A DNA stretch of 64,000 bases from an uncultured bacterium (GCA_963798465.1 CAWCTC010000001.1:132315-196314), one strand, 5' to 3'. Counted from the first letter of the stretch, positions 53,873-63,759 are shown. Made by a program: numbers and translations. The notes: a model not told the origin generated them from the sequence alone.

Positions 53873-54568
53873 ATGATTACTCCAGATTTATTGACTTATA
53901 TAAAAACTGAATTAGCGAAAGGCACGCCAAGAGATGTTATCCAGTCAAATTTAGTAGGTGGCGGATGGAATGTCGCCGATGTCAATGAAGGTTTTTCTGC
54001 GGTACTACCTCCAAAAAATCCAGCACCTGCTCCTGCACCTGCACCGATGTCAACACTAGCTTCTATCAATAATAATTTAAATATTCAAAATCAAGTTCAG
54101 CCAGCGACTCCAGTACAAAATCCTGCTGAGCCAATAAAATTAAATATGGCAGCGATAGAAAATCCGGTTCAATCAAATATTTTAAAGGTTATGCCAACAC
54201 AAGCATCAGTTCAACCAACTGCACCAAAAATAATGCCGGTACAATTTCCTGTTCAGTCATCTGTGTCAGCACAAAATTATAAAATCGGCACGTCTTTTCA
54301 GCCAAAGAGTGCAAAAATTATTCATAAAAAATCAGGTTCATCTTTCGGAATAATTTTTTTGTTACTTCTTCTTTTGGGTGGCGGAGTTTATGCTTATTAT
54401 AAATATTTTTCTGCAAATACAAATACTTCGTCAAATAATATTCAAAATCAACCAGCAGAAATTTCTACAACGACCCAAAATCAGTCAGCATCAAATGCGC
54501 CAATGATTCCTGTTACAACAACTCAAAATAATATAGCTACTACGAGTTCTTCAACACCATCAAAATAA
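53873..54568 (+). CDS. hypothetical membrane protein with a conserved N-terminal domain and a Pro/Ala/Gln-rich linker
   Basis: The N-terminal 40 aa (DLLTYIKTELAKGTPRDVIQSNLVGGGWNVADVNEGF) resemble the N-terminus of ORF 19970. Followed by a PAPAPAPAP linker and a TM segment. Confidence 0.5.
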   Translation: MITPDLLTYIKTELAKGTPRDVIQSNLVGGGWNVADVNEGFSAVLPPKNPAPAPAPAPMSTLASINNNLNIQNQVQPATPVQNPAEPIKLNMAAIENPVQSNILKVMPTQASVQPTAPKIMPVQFPVQSSVSAQNYKIGTSFQPKSAKIIHKKSGSSFGIIFLLLLLLGGGVYAYYKYFSANTNTSSNNIQNQPAEISTTTQNQSASNAPMIPVTTTQNNIATTSSSTPSK

Positions 54569-54712
54569 TGCTATAATATTTTGTGGTTCTAAAATTTTAG
54601 GAGGTGCAAAATGAACAACGGAAGTAAATATCCGAACATCAGAGAACACAAACCCTGGTGGATCGGATGGTTCATTTTTAGAAAGGTCCTGTTTTTCAGG
54701 ACCTTTTTTTAT

Positions 54713-55456
54713 TTATAAATTTCTTTTCCAATTATCTAGAATTATTGCGGTCGCAATCGCTACATTTAAAGATTCTGCTTTTCCAAAAGCTGGGATTGTG
54801 ATTTTTTTTGTAATTAATTTCTCAATTTCTTCACTTACGCCGTTTGATTCATTTCCCATAACGAGAATTCCGCTTGCTGGGAATTTTGTTTCATGAATAT
54901 TTTCACCGTTTAAAAATGCACCGAAAATTGGCAGTTTTGTATATGAGAGAAAATCTTTCAAATCCGTGTAAAACATATTTACTCTAGTGAAAGAGCCTTT
55001 TGTCGCCGTGATAACTTTTGGATTGTAAAAATCTACGGTATTTTTTGAAGCAACAATATTTTTTATTCCATACCAGTCTGCGATGCGAATGATTGTTCCT
55101 AGGTTTCCCGGATCTTTGATTTCATCAAGTGCAATTACAACTTCATCTTTTTTGATTTCAAAATTTTTGTTTTCTTTTTGTTTCACGACAGCAAGTGCCG
55201 CATTATTTGTCGCGAAGGTTCCGACTTTTTCCAAATCAAATTGATTTACAATTTCATATGATTTTGATTTTTCTCTTATTTTTTCTCCATATTTGTCAAA
55301 AAATTCCGTCGTTGTGAGTAAAAGTTCAATTTCAAAATCTGAGTCGAGTAATTCTGAAACGCTTTTTTCTCCTTCGACTAAAAATAGTCCGAGCTCGACT
55401 CTGTTTTTCTTTTCATCCAGCGATTTTATAAGTTTTGCTTGGTTTTTCGTGAACAT
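54713..55456 (-). CDS. TrmH/SpoU family RNA methyltransferase (RlmB-like)
   Basis: N-terminal substrate-binding domain. SPOUT motifs DPGNLGTIIRIADW, MGNESNGV and ESLNVAIATAI. Confidence 0.8.
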   Translation of the reverse strand: MFTKNQAKLIKSLDEKKNRVELGLFLVEGEKSVSELLDSDFEIELLLTTTEFFDKYGEKIREKSKSYEIVNQFDLEKVGTFATNNAALAVVKQKENKNFEIKKDEVVIALDEIKDPGNLGTIIRIADWYGIKNIVASKNTVDFYNPKVITATKGSFTRVNMFYTDLKDFLSYTKLPIFGAFLNGENIHETKFPASGILVMGNESNGVSEEIEKLITKKITIPAFGKAESLNVAIATAIILDNWKRNL

Positions 55457-55593
55457 TTACCCGAGAAAATTTTTGCTGATAAAAATGTGATTGAAGGACT
55501 ATTGAATCACTCATGTGCTAAAGTCTATCTGACTACTAGATTATACAATATTTTTGCATTTTTAATGCGTCAGCAAAAACTTTAGCGGGTGAA
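55457..55593 (-). promoter_or_regulatory. inverted-repeat leader element, copy 4 (upstream of the TrmH-family gene)
   Basis: On the minus strand, TTCACCCGCTAAAGTTTTTGCTGA pairs with TCAGCAAAAATTTTCTCGGGTAA, which abuts the ATG. TGCTAGAAT extended -10 with the hexamer at 55597-55602. Confidence 0.6.
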
Positions 55594-55629
55594 GAGATTC
55601 TAGCATAAATCTGCTATACTTTCCTCAAT

Positions 55630-56073
55630 ATGAAATTCACATTTATTTCAGTCGGGAAGAAGAATGATTCGGATATTGAAGTTGCTGTCGCCGATTATAC
55701 AAAGAGAATCAGCAGATATTTTCCGATTGAATGGAAATTAATTCCAACTTCGGATAAAGAAAAAGAAGGAGAAACGATTTTAAAAAATTTGGATGGTGGA
55801 GATTTTGTCGTTGCGCTCGACGATAAAGGAAAAGAAATGACAACCGAAGAACTTGCGGGTTTTATTGAAAAAAGAATGTCCGCTTCAGATAAAAGAATTG
55901 TATTTATAATTGGCGGAGCTTATGGATTTTCCGAAAATGTTTATGCGAGAGCAAATTTTAAATGGTCACTTTCAAAACTGACTTTTCCGCATCAGCTTGT
56001 TCGGCTTATTTTATCAGAAGCTTTATATCGTGCGATTTCTGTGATAAAAAAAGAACCGTATCATCATGCATGA
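55630..56073 (+). CDS. rlmH: 23S rRNA (pseudouridine1915-N3)-methyltransferase
   Basis: 147 aa with IIGGAYGF and TFPHQLVRLILSEALYRA motifs. Confidence 0.9.
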   Translation: MKFTFISVGKKNDSDIEVAVADYTKRISRYFPIEWKLIPTSDKEKEGETILKNLDGGDFVVALDDKGKEMTTEELAGFIEKRMSASDKRIVFIIGGAYGFSENVYARANFKWSLSKLTFPHQLVRLILSEALYRAISVIKKEPYHHA

Positions 56074-56114
56074 TTATTGCGTATTTTTTGATGATATGTA
56101 ATTATAAAAACAAT

Positions 56115-56528
56115 ATGGATAAAAAACTTGATTTGCCGAGAGATGAAATGGCATTTAGAAAAATCTATAAAGATTTGGTGGCAGGTGAAAAAATTACTAC
56201 GGTTTTTCGTCCTGGAAAAAGACTGTGTGGTGATTTTAGAAGCTACTGTCTAGGCGAAAAAATAACAATAAGAATAATAGAAAATGTTGGAGCTGATTGG
56301 GCAAAGATTGCACCACAATTTGAAACCGACTTCAGAAAAATAATAGAAATTATAGATACATCAATTATGAAGCTAAAAGATCTCACGAGTAAAGATTTTC
56401 TCGGTTCTTCCCCTGATGTGTGTGACAAAAAATCTTTGATATATCATCTGGGACTTATTTACAATTTATCGATTGATGAACTCAATGATGAATCTTCTGT
56501 CACAAAGATAAAATTTCAATACATCTAA
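56115..56528 (+). CDS. hypothetical protein (possibly ASCH-like)
   Basis: Start set at MDKKLDL. 137 aa with weak similarity only. Confidence 0.4.
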   Translation: MDKKLDLPRDEMAFRKIYKDLVAGEKITTVFRPGKRLCGDFRSYCLGEKITIRIIENVGADWAKIAPQFETDFRKIIEIIDTSIMKLKDLTSKDFLGSSPDVCDKKSLIYHLGLIYNLSIDELNDESSVTKIKFQYI

Positions 56529-56549
56529 AATTAGTGAATTTATTATTAA

Positions 56550-57614
56550 TTGAGTGAGTATATATATTATGCTATGATGAATCCGGAAGAAAATAAAAAT
56601 ATGGAGGATAAAAAGATGATATTGGACAATCTGCTTGCATTCGCCGAACAGCCGAAAGGCAATCTGGAATCTCTTGATTTTCAAAAGTATGAGGTGTCTC
56701 TGCTTGAACATGATTATCCGGCAAAAACCGCAGTCATGTGGAATGCTGTGTACAAGAAACTGGGTATGGATATTGGAAATATTATGGGGGTTGGTAATCC
56801 GGAAAAATGCGCTGAAATTTTGGATGTGCTTCGTGAAGATCCAAAATACATCGGTGGCGGTGCCGGAGTTGGTTTCAAAGATGTCGCTTTCGATCTTGTG
56901 GATGAACTTGATCCAATGGCGAAAGCTATCGGCTCTATCAATTTTATTTTGAAAACGTCGGAAGGAAAGTTAAAAGGTTTCAACACCGATGGAATTGGTT
57001 TTGCAATGAGCTTGAAAGAAAAGTTCAGAGACGGTTCAAAAGAAATGAAAGGCTCCAAAGCAGTTGTTTTGGGAGCTGGAGGTACGAGTAATTCAGTTTC
57101 ATTTTCTTTGGCCAACAGTGGAATGAACGTTGTGATTTTGAATCGAACCGTAGCAAAAGCGCAAAATCTCGCGGAAAGGATAAATTCTTTTCTGGGAGAA
57201 GAGATTTGCAATTTCGGTGGTGAAGATGATATTGAAAAAGAGGTTGCTGATGCCGATGCAATTGTAAATGTTTCTACCAAAGGTGCGGCAGGGGATTTTG
57301 AAAAATATTCCGCACTTGCTCCTGCGATTTTACCAGCAACGAAAGAAAATATCGATGAGAATCTGAAAGAATCGCAAAAAATTCTTTCTGAACTCAAAGC
57401 GAGAACGATTGTCTGCGATGTTATTCTTAGAAATGAGCCAACACCGATGTTGGAGCAGGCAAAGGAAGATAATTTTGAAACTTTGAACGGAATTCCAATG
57501 GTCATCAATCAAGCAGTGGAAGCTTTCTGGTTGCTTCATGGAAAAGAAATGGAGGAAAAGAAAGTCACAAAAAGTGAAGTTGCCGAGATAATGAAAGAGG
57601 CGGCTTATTCTTAA
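56550..57614 (+). CDS. shikimate/quinate dehydrogenase-like (AroE family) protein
   Basis: AIGSINFILKT..GKLKGFNTDGIGF and the Rossmann motif VLGAGGTSNSV..NRT. The N-terminal substrate motifs are divergent. Confidence 0.6.
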   Translation: MSEYIYYAMMNPEENKNMEDKKMILDNLLAFAEQPKGNLESLDFQKYEVSLLEHDYPAKTAVMWNAVYKKLGMDIGNIMGVGNPEKCAEILDVLREDPKYIGGGAGVGFKDVAFDLVDELDPMAKAIGSINFILKTSEGKLKGFNTDGIGFAMSLKEKFRDGSKEMKGSKAVVLGAGGTSNSVSFSLANSGMNVVILNRTVAKAQNLAERINSFLGEEICNFGGEDDIEKEVADADAIVNVSTKGAAGDFEKYSALAPAILPATKENIDENLKESQKILSELKARTIVCDVILRNEPTPMLEQAKEDNFETLNGIPMVINQAVEAFWLLHGKEMEEKKVTKSEVAEIMKEAAYS

Positions 57615-57630
57615 AAAATAATGCTATGCC

Positions 57631-57660
57631 AAATGGCGCGTCAAAAGACGCGCCATTTTT
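57631..57660. terminator. stem-loop terminator
   Basis: AAATGGCGCGTC-AAAA-GACGCGCCATTTTTT. Confidence 0.75.
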
Positions 57661-57736
57661 TATTGAAAATTCTTGCTGTTTTAAAAAAACTCAATAGGTA
57701 TATAATATATTTGTTATCAGCCTAATATTTAAACAT

Positions 57737-58129
57737 ATGAAAAAAGGATTTGTAGCAAATATTGAAAAGGAAACTTTGGATAATAATAATTTTAGAAAAG
57801 TTCTTTTTACTTCAGTTCACGGGCAAGTCGTAGTGATGACTTTAGTTCCGAATGAAGAAATCGGAATGGAAGTCCATGAATTATCGGATCAATTTTTTCG
57901 TTTTGAAAGCGGGGAAGGAAAAGTAATAATTGACGGCGAGGAAGCAATCGTATCGGACGGTTTTGCTGCAGTCGTACCAGCGGGTTCACAGCATAATGTA
58001 ATTAATACTTCAAGCGATAAACCTTTGAAACTTTATACAATTTACATGCCACCACATCACAGAGATGGAGTAATTCATAAAACAAAGGAAGATGCTGAAG
58101 TGGATACAACTGACGAATATTTGGGCTAG
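57737..58129 (+). CDS. cupin domain protein
   Basis: Cupin_2-type motifs (GMEVHELSDQFFRFESGEG and VPAGSQHNVIN). Confidence 0.7.
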   Translation: MKKGFVANIEKETLDNNNFRKVLFTSVHGQVVVMTLVPNEEIGMEVHELSDQFFRFESGEGKVIIDGEEAIVSDGFAAVVPAGSQHNVINTSSDKPLKLYTIYMPPHHRDGVIHKTKEDAEVDTTDEYLG

Positions 58130-58132
58130 ATT

Positions 58133-58696
58133 ATGGACAGAAAAATCTCAGAAATTATAAAAAAAAATGGAGTCGGAGTCTTGCCGACGGATACTTTGTA
58201 TGGGCTTGTCGGTTCCGCGTTTTCAAAAGAAGCCGTTGATAGAATTTATGATTTAAAAAGCAGAAACGAGAAAAAATCTTTGATAATCCTTATTTCTTCG
58301 ATTGAGGATTTGGAAAAATTCGGCGTGAAAATTACCGAGTCTGCGAAAAAATTCATGGAAAAATTCTGGCCGGGAAAAGTCAGCATTGTTTTGCCGTTCA
58401 ATAATAAGCAGTTGTCTTATTTGGACAGAATGGGCGGAACTTTGGCTTTCAGATTTCCGAAAAAAGAAGATTTAATAAAATTAATAAAAGAAGTCGGACC
58501 GATTGTCGCTCCGTCTGCCAATCCTGAAGGTCTGGCGCCGGCAAAAGATATCGATGAAGCGAGAATTTATTTTGATGACAGAGTAGATTTTTATGTCGAT
58601 GGAGGAAAAATTGAATCCGAGCCTTCAACTCTTGTAAAAATTGACGGAGACAAGATTGAAGTTTTGCGCGAAGGTGCGGTTAAAATAATGTTATAA
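58133..58696 (+). CDS. tsaC: L-threonylcarbamoyladenylate synthase (YrdC/TsaC type)
   Basis: LPTDTLYGL and SANPEG motifs. 187 aa. Confidence 0.85.
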   Translation: MDRKISEIIKKNGVGVLPTDTLYGLVGSAFSKEAVDRIYDLKSRNEKKSLIILISSIEDLEKFGVKITESAKKFMEKFWPGKVSIVLPFNNKQLSYLDRMGGTLAFRFPKKEDLIKLIKEVGPIVAPSANPEGLAPAKDIDEARIYFDDRVDFYVDGGKIESEPSTLVKIDGDKIEVLREGAVKIML

Positions 58697-58702
58697 GTTT
58701 TC

Positions 58703-58773
58703 GTATTGTCATTCCCGTGAAAACGGGAATCTAGATTAATTTTGGATCCCCGCATTCGCGAGGATGACAATAC
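58703..58773. repeat. nested double-hairpin palindromic element (diverged second copy)
   Basis: GTCATTCCCGTGAAAACGGGAATC (58708-58731) and GGATCCCCGCATTCGCGAGGATGAC (58744-58768). Each arm folds on itself. Outer arms GTATTGTCAT/ATGACAATAC. Confidence 0.6.
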
Positions 58774-58810
58774 TTTTTTGATATTTTTATATGATATAAT
58801 TCTTAACAAT

Positions 58811-59512
58811 ATGCAAAAAAGTATTATCATTTTCAGCGATGGTTCATCGAGAGGAAATCCAGGTCCGGGAGGCTGGGGCGCAATTATCGCAGATGAAAAA
58901 AAAGCTTTGGAGATTGGCGGAAGAGAAAATCACACGACGAATAATCGCATGGAACTTTTAGGCGCCATAAATGCGCTTGCATCAATTAAACAATCAAAGG
59001 AAGAAATAATTTTAAATACGGATTCATCATACGTGATAAATGGAATTACAAAATGGGTTTATGGCTGGCAGAAAAATGGCTGGATAAATTCTACAAAAGA
59101 TGAAGTTTCAAATCGCGATTTATGGGAAGAGTTGATAAAAGTTTCTGATAGTAAAAAAATAAAATGGAATTATGTCGGCGGTCATATTGGAGTTCCAGGA
59201 AATGAAAGATGTGATGAGATAGCGACTTCATTTGCAGATAATGAAAAAATAAAACTTTTCAAAGGTAAGATTTCTGATTATGAATTTAATTTGTCTGACA
59301 CGAAAGGAAATGGAATAAAAATTTCAAAAAAATCCAAAAATAAAAGTCCGGCATATTCTTATCTGAGCCTGGTTCACGGAGTTTTACATATTGATAAGAC
59401 TTGGCTGGAGTGCGAAAAAAGAGTGAAAGGCGTAAAAGGAAATGTTAAATTCAAAAAATCGGCGAGCCTGGAAAATGAAAAAGAAATTTTGAAAGAGTGG
59501 GGAATACGATAA
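58811..59512 (+). CDS. rnhA: ribonuclease HI with a C-terminal extension
   Basis: SDGSSRGNPGPGGWG, NNRMEL and TDSSYV RNase H motifs. The extra 80-aa tail resembles an RNase H1 hybrid-binding-type domain (W.ECEKRVKG). Confidence 0.85.
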   Translation: MQKSIIIFSDGSSRGNPGPGGWGAIIADEKKALEIGGRENHTTNNRMELLGAINALASIKQSKEEIILNTDSSYVINGITKWVYGWQKNGWINSTKDEVSNRDLWEELIKVSDSKKIKWNYVGGHIGVPGNERCDEIATSFADNEKIKLFKGKISDYEFNLSDTKGNGIKISKKSKNKSPAYSYLSLVHGVLHIDKTWLECEKRVKGVKGNVKFKKSASLENEKEILKEWGIR

Positions 59513-59517
59513 TAATA

Positions 59518-59549
59518 AATGGGCGGCCAGCGAAGCTGGCCGCCCATTT
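59518..59549. terminator. GC-rich stem-loop terminator
   Basis: AAATGGGCGGCCAGC-GAA-GCTGGCCGCCCATTT. Confidence 0.8.
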
Positions 59550-59675
59550 GTGTTTAATATTAAAATTGACAATAATCCTTTCAATTGCTTTAATTGAGTG
59601 AACAGAGTTCTTTGCAAAAATAAAAAGAACTAATTCTATTTTTAAAATTTGGCTTTGGCCAAAAAAGGAGGATTT

Positions 59676-60077
59676 ATGGAAAAAGTATTAGATGTTGAAA
59701 AAGGTGCATTTGCTGGATGGGCGAAAGTCATTCTCAATAAGTACAGAGGTGAGATTGCAACAGACGATATAGATCTTTCAGGAAGTTTTATTGTATCATC
59801 TTTTTCTGTGCCAACGGACAGCTCTTACGAAGATGTGAACGAAATAGCAAGAAAAAACAGCTTTGGCAAAATACCTCTTTCGCTCATTGCATTTGAGGTG
59901 TTATCAAACCCGGATTTCGTAAGTGAAAAGGGTTTTATTCTGATGGACTCTCTGGAAGATCATGACGGAACGAATGTTATTTTCCATATAGAGGATAAGC
60001 TTTTAAAGGCTTATCACTTAAAGAAAGAAACCATTTTTCCGGCGGGCACCGTAATATTTGCCTTAAAAAAGAAATAG
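59676..60077 (+). CDS. hypothetical protein (stand-alone cassette A)
   Basis: TTGACA box, GGCTTTGGCC hairpin, AAAGGAGGA SD, 133-aa ORF, and its own terminator at 60092-60125. Confidence 0.5.
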   Translation: MEKVLDVEKGAFAGWAKVILNKYRGEIATDDIDLSGSFIVSSFSVPTDSSYEDVNEIARKNSFGKIPLSLIAFEVLSNPDFVSEKGFILMDSLEDHDGTNVIFHIEDKLLKAYHLKKETIFPAGTVIFALKKK

Positions 60078-60226
60078 TAAAAGTTCAAAATAAAAACCGC
60101 TGGTCATTCTGGCGGTTTTTTTTATTTCTAAATTGACATTTTTTCAAAAAGCGCTTTAATTGTTCAAGACGTTTTTTCTATGAAATAAAAATATTTCAAA
60201 TATGGCTTCGGCCGAAGGAGGTTTTT

Positions 60227-60697
60227 ATGAATGAAGTTTCTGATAAAGTACAGGATGAGAATTACGAAATTGCTTTGCAGAATAAAGAAGATTTTTTGAC
60301 TCTCGCAAAGAGAAACGGAATTGTCATTGGAAAGGAGGTAATGGATTTTCTTCCGCAAATAAAGTTTGACTGCGGTCTAATCACTAAGGACGATTTCGCC
60401 TTGGTATCAAACGAGGAGATCGGAATCGATGACGATGATTGGATAAAAGTATTCGATTTTATTTATGTGGCCGAACATTTCGGTTTGAAGAAAATCGGAT
60501 ACGCGGAAGCACTCATTTCCATCATCATGCATAAGGATGATGTTGAGTGCAGGCAAGCGGAAATAATCCCAGCTATAATTCCCATTTATGGAAATTATAT
60601 TGTGGGAAAATGGGTTGGAGAAACTTATTTCATTTCACTGTTTGACGGATACATTGCGTTGCCGCAATACGCTCGCATTACGGCAAGAAGAAAATAA
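60227..60697 (+). CDS. hypothetical protein (stand-alone cassette B)
   Basis: TTGACA box, GGCTTCGGCC hairpin, GAAGGAGG SD, 156-aa ORF, and its own terminator at 60732-60767. Confidence 0.5.
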   Translation: MNEVSDKVQDENYEIALQNKEDFLTLAKRNGIVIGKEVMDFLPQIKFDCGLITKDDFALVSNEEIGIDDDDWIKVFDFIYVAEHFGLKKIGYAEALISIIMHKDDVECRQAEIIPAIIPIYGNYIVGKWVGETYFISLFDGYIALPQYARITARRK

Positions 60698-60782
60698 ATT
60701 TTCTCCAAAAATATTTTCAGTAAGAAATTTTAAAACCGCCGGATTTTATATACCGGCGGTTTTTTTATGCTAAAATATTCTG

Positions 60783-62303
60783 GTGAAAAATGATTTTTCT
60801 TTGGCAATTTCGATTGTCGGTTTTATTTCTGCAATTTTTTTGTGCTCATTTTTCAAAATTGGAATTACTTTTTCATTTTTTCTGATTTTTATTTCAGCAG
60901 TCCTATTTTTATTCAGAAAATTTTTTGTTTCCAATTCTGAATGTCGGCGGCAAATTTTTCTCATTACAATTTTTATTCTGTCTTTTGGCTTGGGAGTTTT
61001 GAGATACGGATTGATTGACCTGAAACCTCTTGATGCGAATTTGGAAAACAATATCGGTAATAAAATAGAAATCAGCGGAATTATTTCGAGCGAGCCGGAA
61101 AAAACGGACAAGCAGCAGATTTTAACCGTTGATTTCAAAAATATTTTTATTTCAACTTCCAGTGTTGCGGTTTCCGGAAAGGGAATCGTCAGCACGGATT
61201 TATATCCTGGATTCAATTATGGCGATTTGATAAAAATCTACGGAACGCTTTCAAAACCGGAAAATTTTTCCAATTCGGCTGGCGGAGCGAGCACGACGGA
61301 TGATTTCGATTATATTTCTTATCTGGCAAAAGACGATATTTATTACAAGATTGATTTTGCGCAGGCGAAATTTATTTCTTCAGGACACGGAAATTCAGTG
61401 CAGGCTTTTTTGTTTAAAATAAAAGATGCTTTTATTGAAAATCTTAACAAAACGATAGTCGAGCCGGAAGCATCGTTTCTCGGAGGAATTCTTATCGGCG
61501 CGAAAAATTCAATGGATAAAGATACGACGGAAATTCTCCGCAAGTCCGGACTTTCTTATATTGTGGTTCTTTCCGGATACAATATTACGGTCGTGGCGAA
61601 TGCGATTGAAAAAACATTTTCTTTTCTTCCGCGAAACATCGGATTTCTCGGCGGAGTTTTCGGAATAATTCTTTTTGTGATAATGTCTGGCTCTTCTTCA
61701 ACCGCAATCCGCGCAGGAATCATGGCACTCATCGTGATTTTGGCGGATGCGACTCACAGGAATTATCAGGCCGGCAGAGCTTTGATTTTTGCCGGAGTTC
61801 TGATGGTGATTTTCAATCCGAAAATCTTGGTTTTTGATTTGTCTTTCCAGCTTTCTTTCATTGCGACCGTCGCAATAATTTATGTCGCGCCGATTTTGGA
61901 AAATAAATTCGGTTTCATCACCGAAAAATTCAATTTGAGAAGCACGATTTCTTCCACAGTTTCAGCACAGATTCTAGTTTTACCTCTTATACTTTATTCA
62001 ATGGGGACGCTTTCGCTTGTTGCGATTCCCGCAAATATTTTTGTGATTGCTTCCATTCCGGCGACGATGCTTTTCGGCTTCATCGCTGGAATGCTCGGAT
62101 TTCTTTGGCTTCCGCTCGCGCTTCCTTTTGCTTGGATTTCTTGGATTTTTCTCGCATATATAATAAATATTTCAAAATTTTTTGCCGATCTGCCGTTTTC
62201 TTCGATAAATATTCCCTGGTTTTCTTCGGCTCTCATGGCTCTGAGCTATTTAATTATTTTCGGCTGGATTTTTTATGAAGGCAGAAAGCAAAAACATGTT
62301 TAA
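60783..62303 (+). CDS. comEC: ComEC/Rec2 family competence membrane channel protein
   Basis: N-terminal DUF4131-like TM region followed by a polytopic competence domain. 506 aa, intact. Confidence 0.8.
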   Translation: MKNDFSLAISIVGFISAIFLCSFFKIGITFSFFLIFISAVLFLFRKFFVSNSECRRQIFLITIFILSFGLGVLRYGLIDLKPLDANLENNIGNKIEISGIISSEPEKTDKQQILTVDFKNIFISTSSVAVSGKGIVSTDLYPGFNYGDLIKIYGTLSKPENFSNSAGGASTTDDFDYISYLAKDDIYYKIDFAQAKFISSGHGNSVQAFLFKIKDAFIENLNKTIVEPEASFLGGILIGAKNSMDKDTTEILRKSGLSYIVVLSGYNITVVANAIEKTFSFLPRNIGFLGGVFGIILFVIMSGSSSTAIRAGIMALIVILADATHRNYQAGRALIFAGVLMVIFNPKILVFDLSFQLSFIATVAIIYVAPILENKFGFITEKFNLRSTISSTVSAQILVLPLILYSMGTLSLVAIPANIFVIASIPATMLFGFIAGMLGFLWLPLALPFAWISWIFLAYIINISKFFADLPFSSINIPWFSSALMALSYLIIFGWIFYEGRKQKHV

Positions 62304-63150
62304 ATTCAGCTATATAAAAATATATTTTTTGATTTTTCTCTTGCTTGCAAATGCAATGATTTTTTACGCTGTAATTTCAGAAAACAGAAACGGCATTTTG
62401 CAAGTTTCATTTTTGAATATCGGGCAAGGCGACGCGGAACTTATCGAATCGCCGACCGGAAATACTTTTTTAATCGATGGCGGTCCGGACAAAAGTATTT
62501 TGAATGCGCTCGGCAGAGTTTTGCCTTTTTATGACAAGACAATCAATGCAGTTTTGGCGACGCATCCGGATTCTGATCATGTCGGAGGAATTCCGGAAGT
62601 CATGAAAAATTATTCCGTCGGAGAATTCGTTTATACCGGAGCGACTTCGAGCACGGGAATATTCAAACATCTGGAATCTGAAATTTCTGAAAAAAATATT
62701 AAAACAAATATTGCGAGAGCCGGAGAAATATTCGATCTCGGCGGCGGAGCTTTTTTGAAAATTTTATATCCGGACAAAAATCCGCAGGGAACGGACACGA
62801 ATGAATATTCAATCGTCGCGGAACTTTATTATGGCGATTCGACTTTTATGTTTACCGGAGATGCGCCGACGGATGTTTTGGACGGACTTGCCGAAAAAGA
62901 TGGAAAGGAATTGAAAAGTGATGTTTTGAAAGTCGCGCATCATGGTTCAAAAAATTCTCTTTCCCCGGCTTTTTTATCTGCCGTAGATCCTGAATACTCA
63001 ATAATTTCAGCGGGGAAAAATAATAAATATGGCTTTCCCAATAAGGAAATACTTGATTATTTAAATGGAATAAAAAGTCAAATACTTGCTACTTTTGATC
63101 TTGGCGACATCATTTTCACATCTGACGGGCAGACTCTTGAAAAGAAATAA
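62296..63150 (+). CDS. MBL-fold metallo-hydrolase (ComEC C-terminal beta-lactamase-type domain encoded as a separate gene)
   Basis: LNIGQGDA, THPDSDHVGG and VAHHGS motifs. Own TM anchor. ATGTTTAA start/stop overlap with comEC. Confidence 0.75.
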   Translation: MFKFSYIKIYFLIFLLLANAMIFYAVISENRNGILQVSFLNIGQGDAELIESPTGNTFLIDGGPDKSILNALGRVLPFYDKTINAVLATHPDSDHVGGIPEVMKNYSVGEFVYTGATSSTGIFKHLESEISEKNIKTNIARAGEIFDLGGGAFLKILYPDKNPQGTDTNEYSIVAELYYGDSTFMFTGDAPTDVLDGLAEKDGKELKSDVLKVAHHGSKNSLSPAFLSAVDPEYSIISAGKNNKYGFPNKEILDYLNGIKSQILATFDLGDIIFTSDGQTLEKK

Positions 63151-63303
63151 TTTTTTGCTTATTATATTATGTAACAATTTATCAACTTTATGCAGTTTTG
63201 TTTATTAAAACGTTGCTGTATAATAGCCATATAAGTTTTTGTGTTTAATATTATTAATTTAATTATTTTTTTATAGTTTTATAAAAACTAATCAACAAAA
63301 AAA

Positions 63304-63759
63304 ATGGTAGAAAATATTGTGAAAGACAATGTAAACGTTGTCAGAGTTAAAAAAATGAAAGTGATGCCGGTTATCATCTGGTTTATCATAGGTTTGATAC
63401 TTGGAGCAGGAGCACTTTTTGCTTGGGATAAATATATGTCAAAGACCCCAGCACAGTTGGCTACTCAAGTTCAACAGGCTCAAGTTCAAGACATTGTTGC
63501 AAAAGTAAGCAAGCTTATAATGCTTCCAACAGGAGAACAGCCAGTAGTCGCTACAATAAATGATGCGGCATCTTTGATAAAAGATCAGGTATTTTATAAA
63601 GGTGCTCAAAATGGAGATGTAGTATTGGTATATCAGAAAGCTGCAAAAGCAGTCATATATTCTCCTAGCAGAAATATAATAGTAAATGTCGGTCCTATAT
63701 TCTTGCAGGATCAGAATGCTTCAAGTACAGCTACAACTGCAGCGACCTCAACGAAATAA
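63304..63759 (+). CDS. hypothetical membrane-anchored protein
   Basis: TM segment (VIIWFIIGLILGAGALFAW). 151 aa. Confidence 0.45.
   Translation: MVENIVKDNVNVVRVKKMKVMPVIIWFIIGLILGAGALFAWDKYMSKTPAQLATQVQQAQVQDIVAKVSKLIMLPTGEQPVVATINDAASLIKDQVFYKGAQNGDVVLVYQKAAKAVIYSPSRNIIVNVGPIFLQDQNASSTATTAATSTK

Noticed and set aside
56714-57508. 264-aa minus-strand ORF and other long antisense ORFs in the track (for example 30990-31505, 44141-44620, 21742-21984, 45947-46171, 8318-8638, 8654-9085, 1769-2200)
   Set aside because: They lie antisense to, or across, well-supported genes, tRNAs or structured non-coding elements. They have low-complexity S/F/L/I-rich compositions and lack motifs, which is typical of shadow ORFs in AT-rich DNA.
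62275-62303. The ComEC / MBL-domain split as another frameshift artefact
   Set aside because: The junction is a classic ATGTTTAA start-stop overlap. The second ORF has its own N-terminal TM anchor and a complete MBL domain, so a natural two-gene arrangement is more likely.
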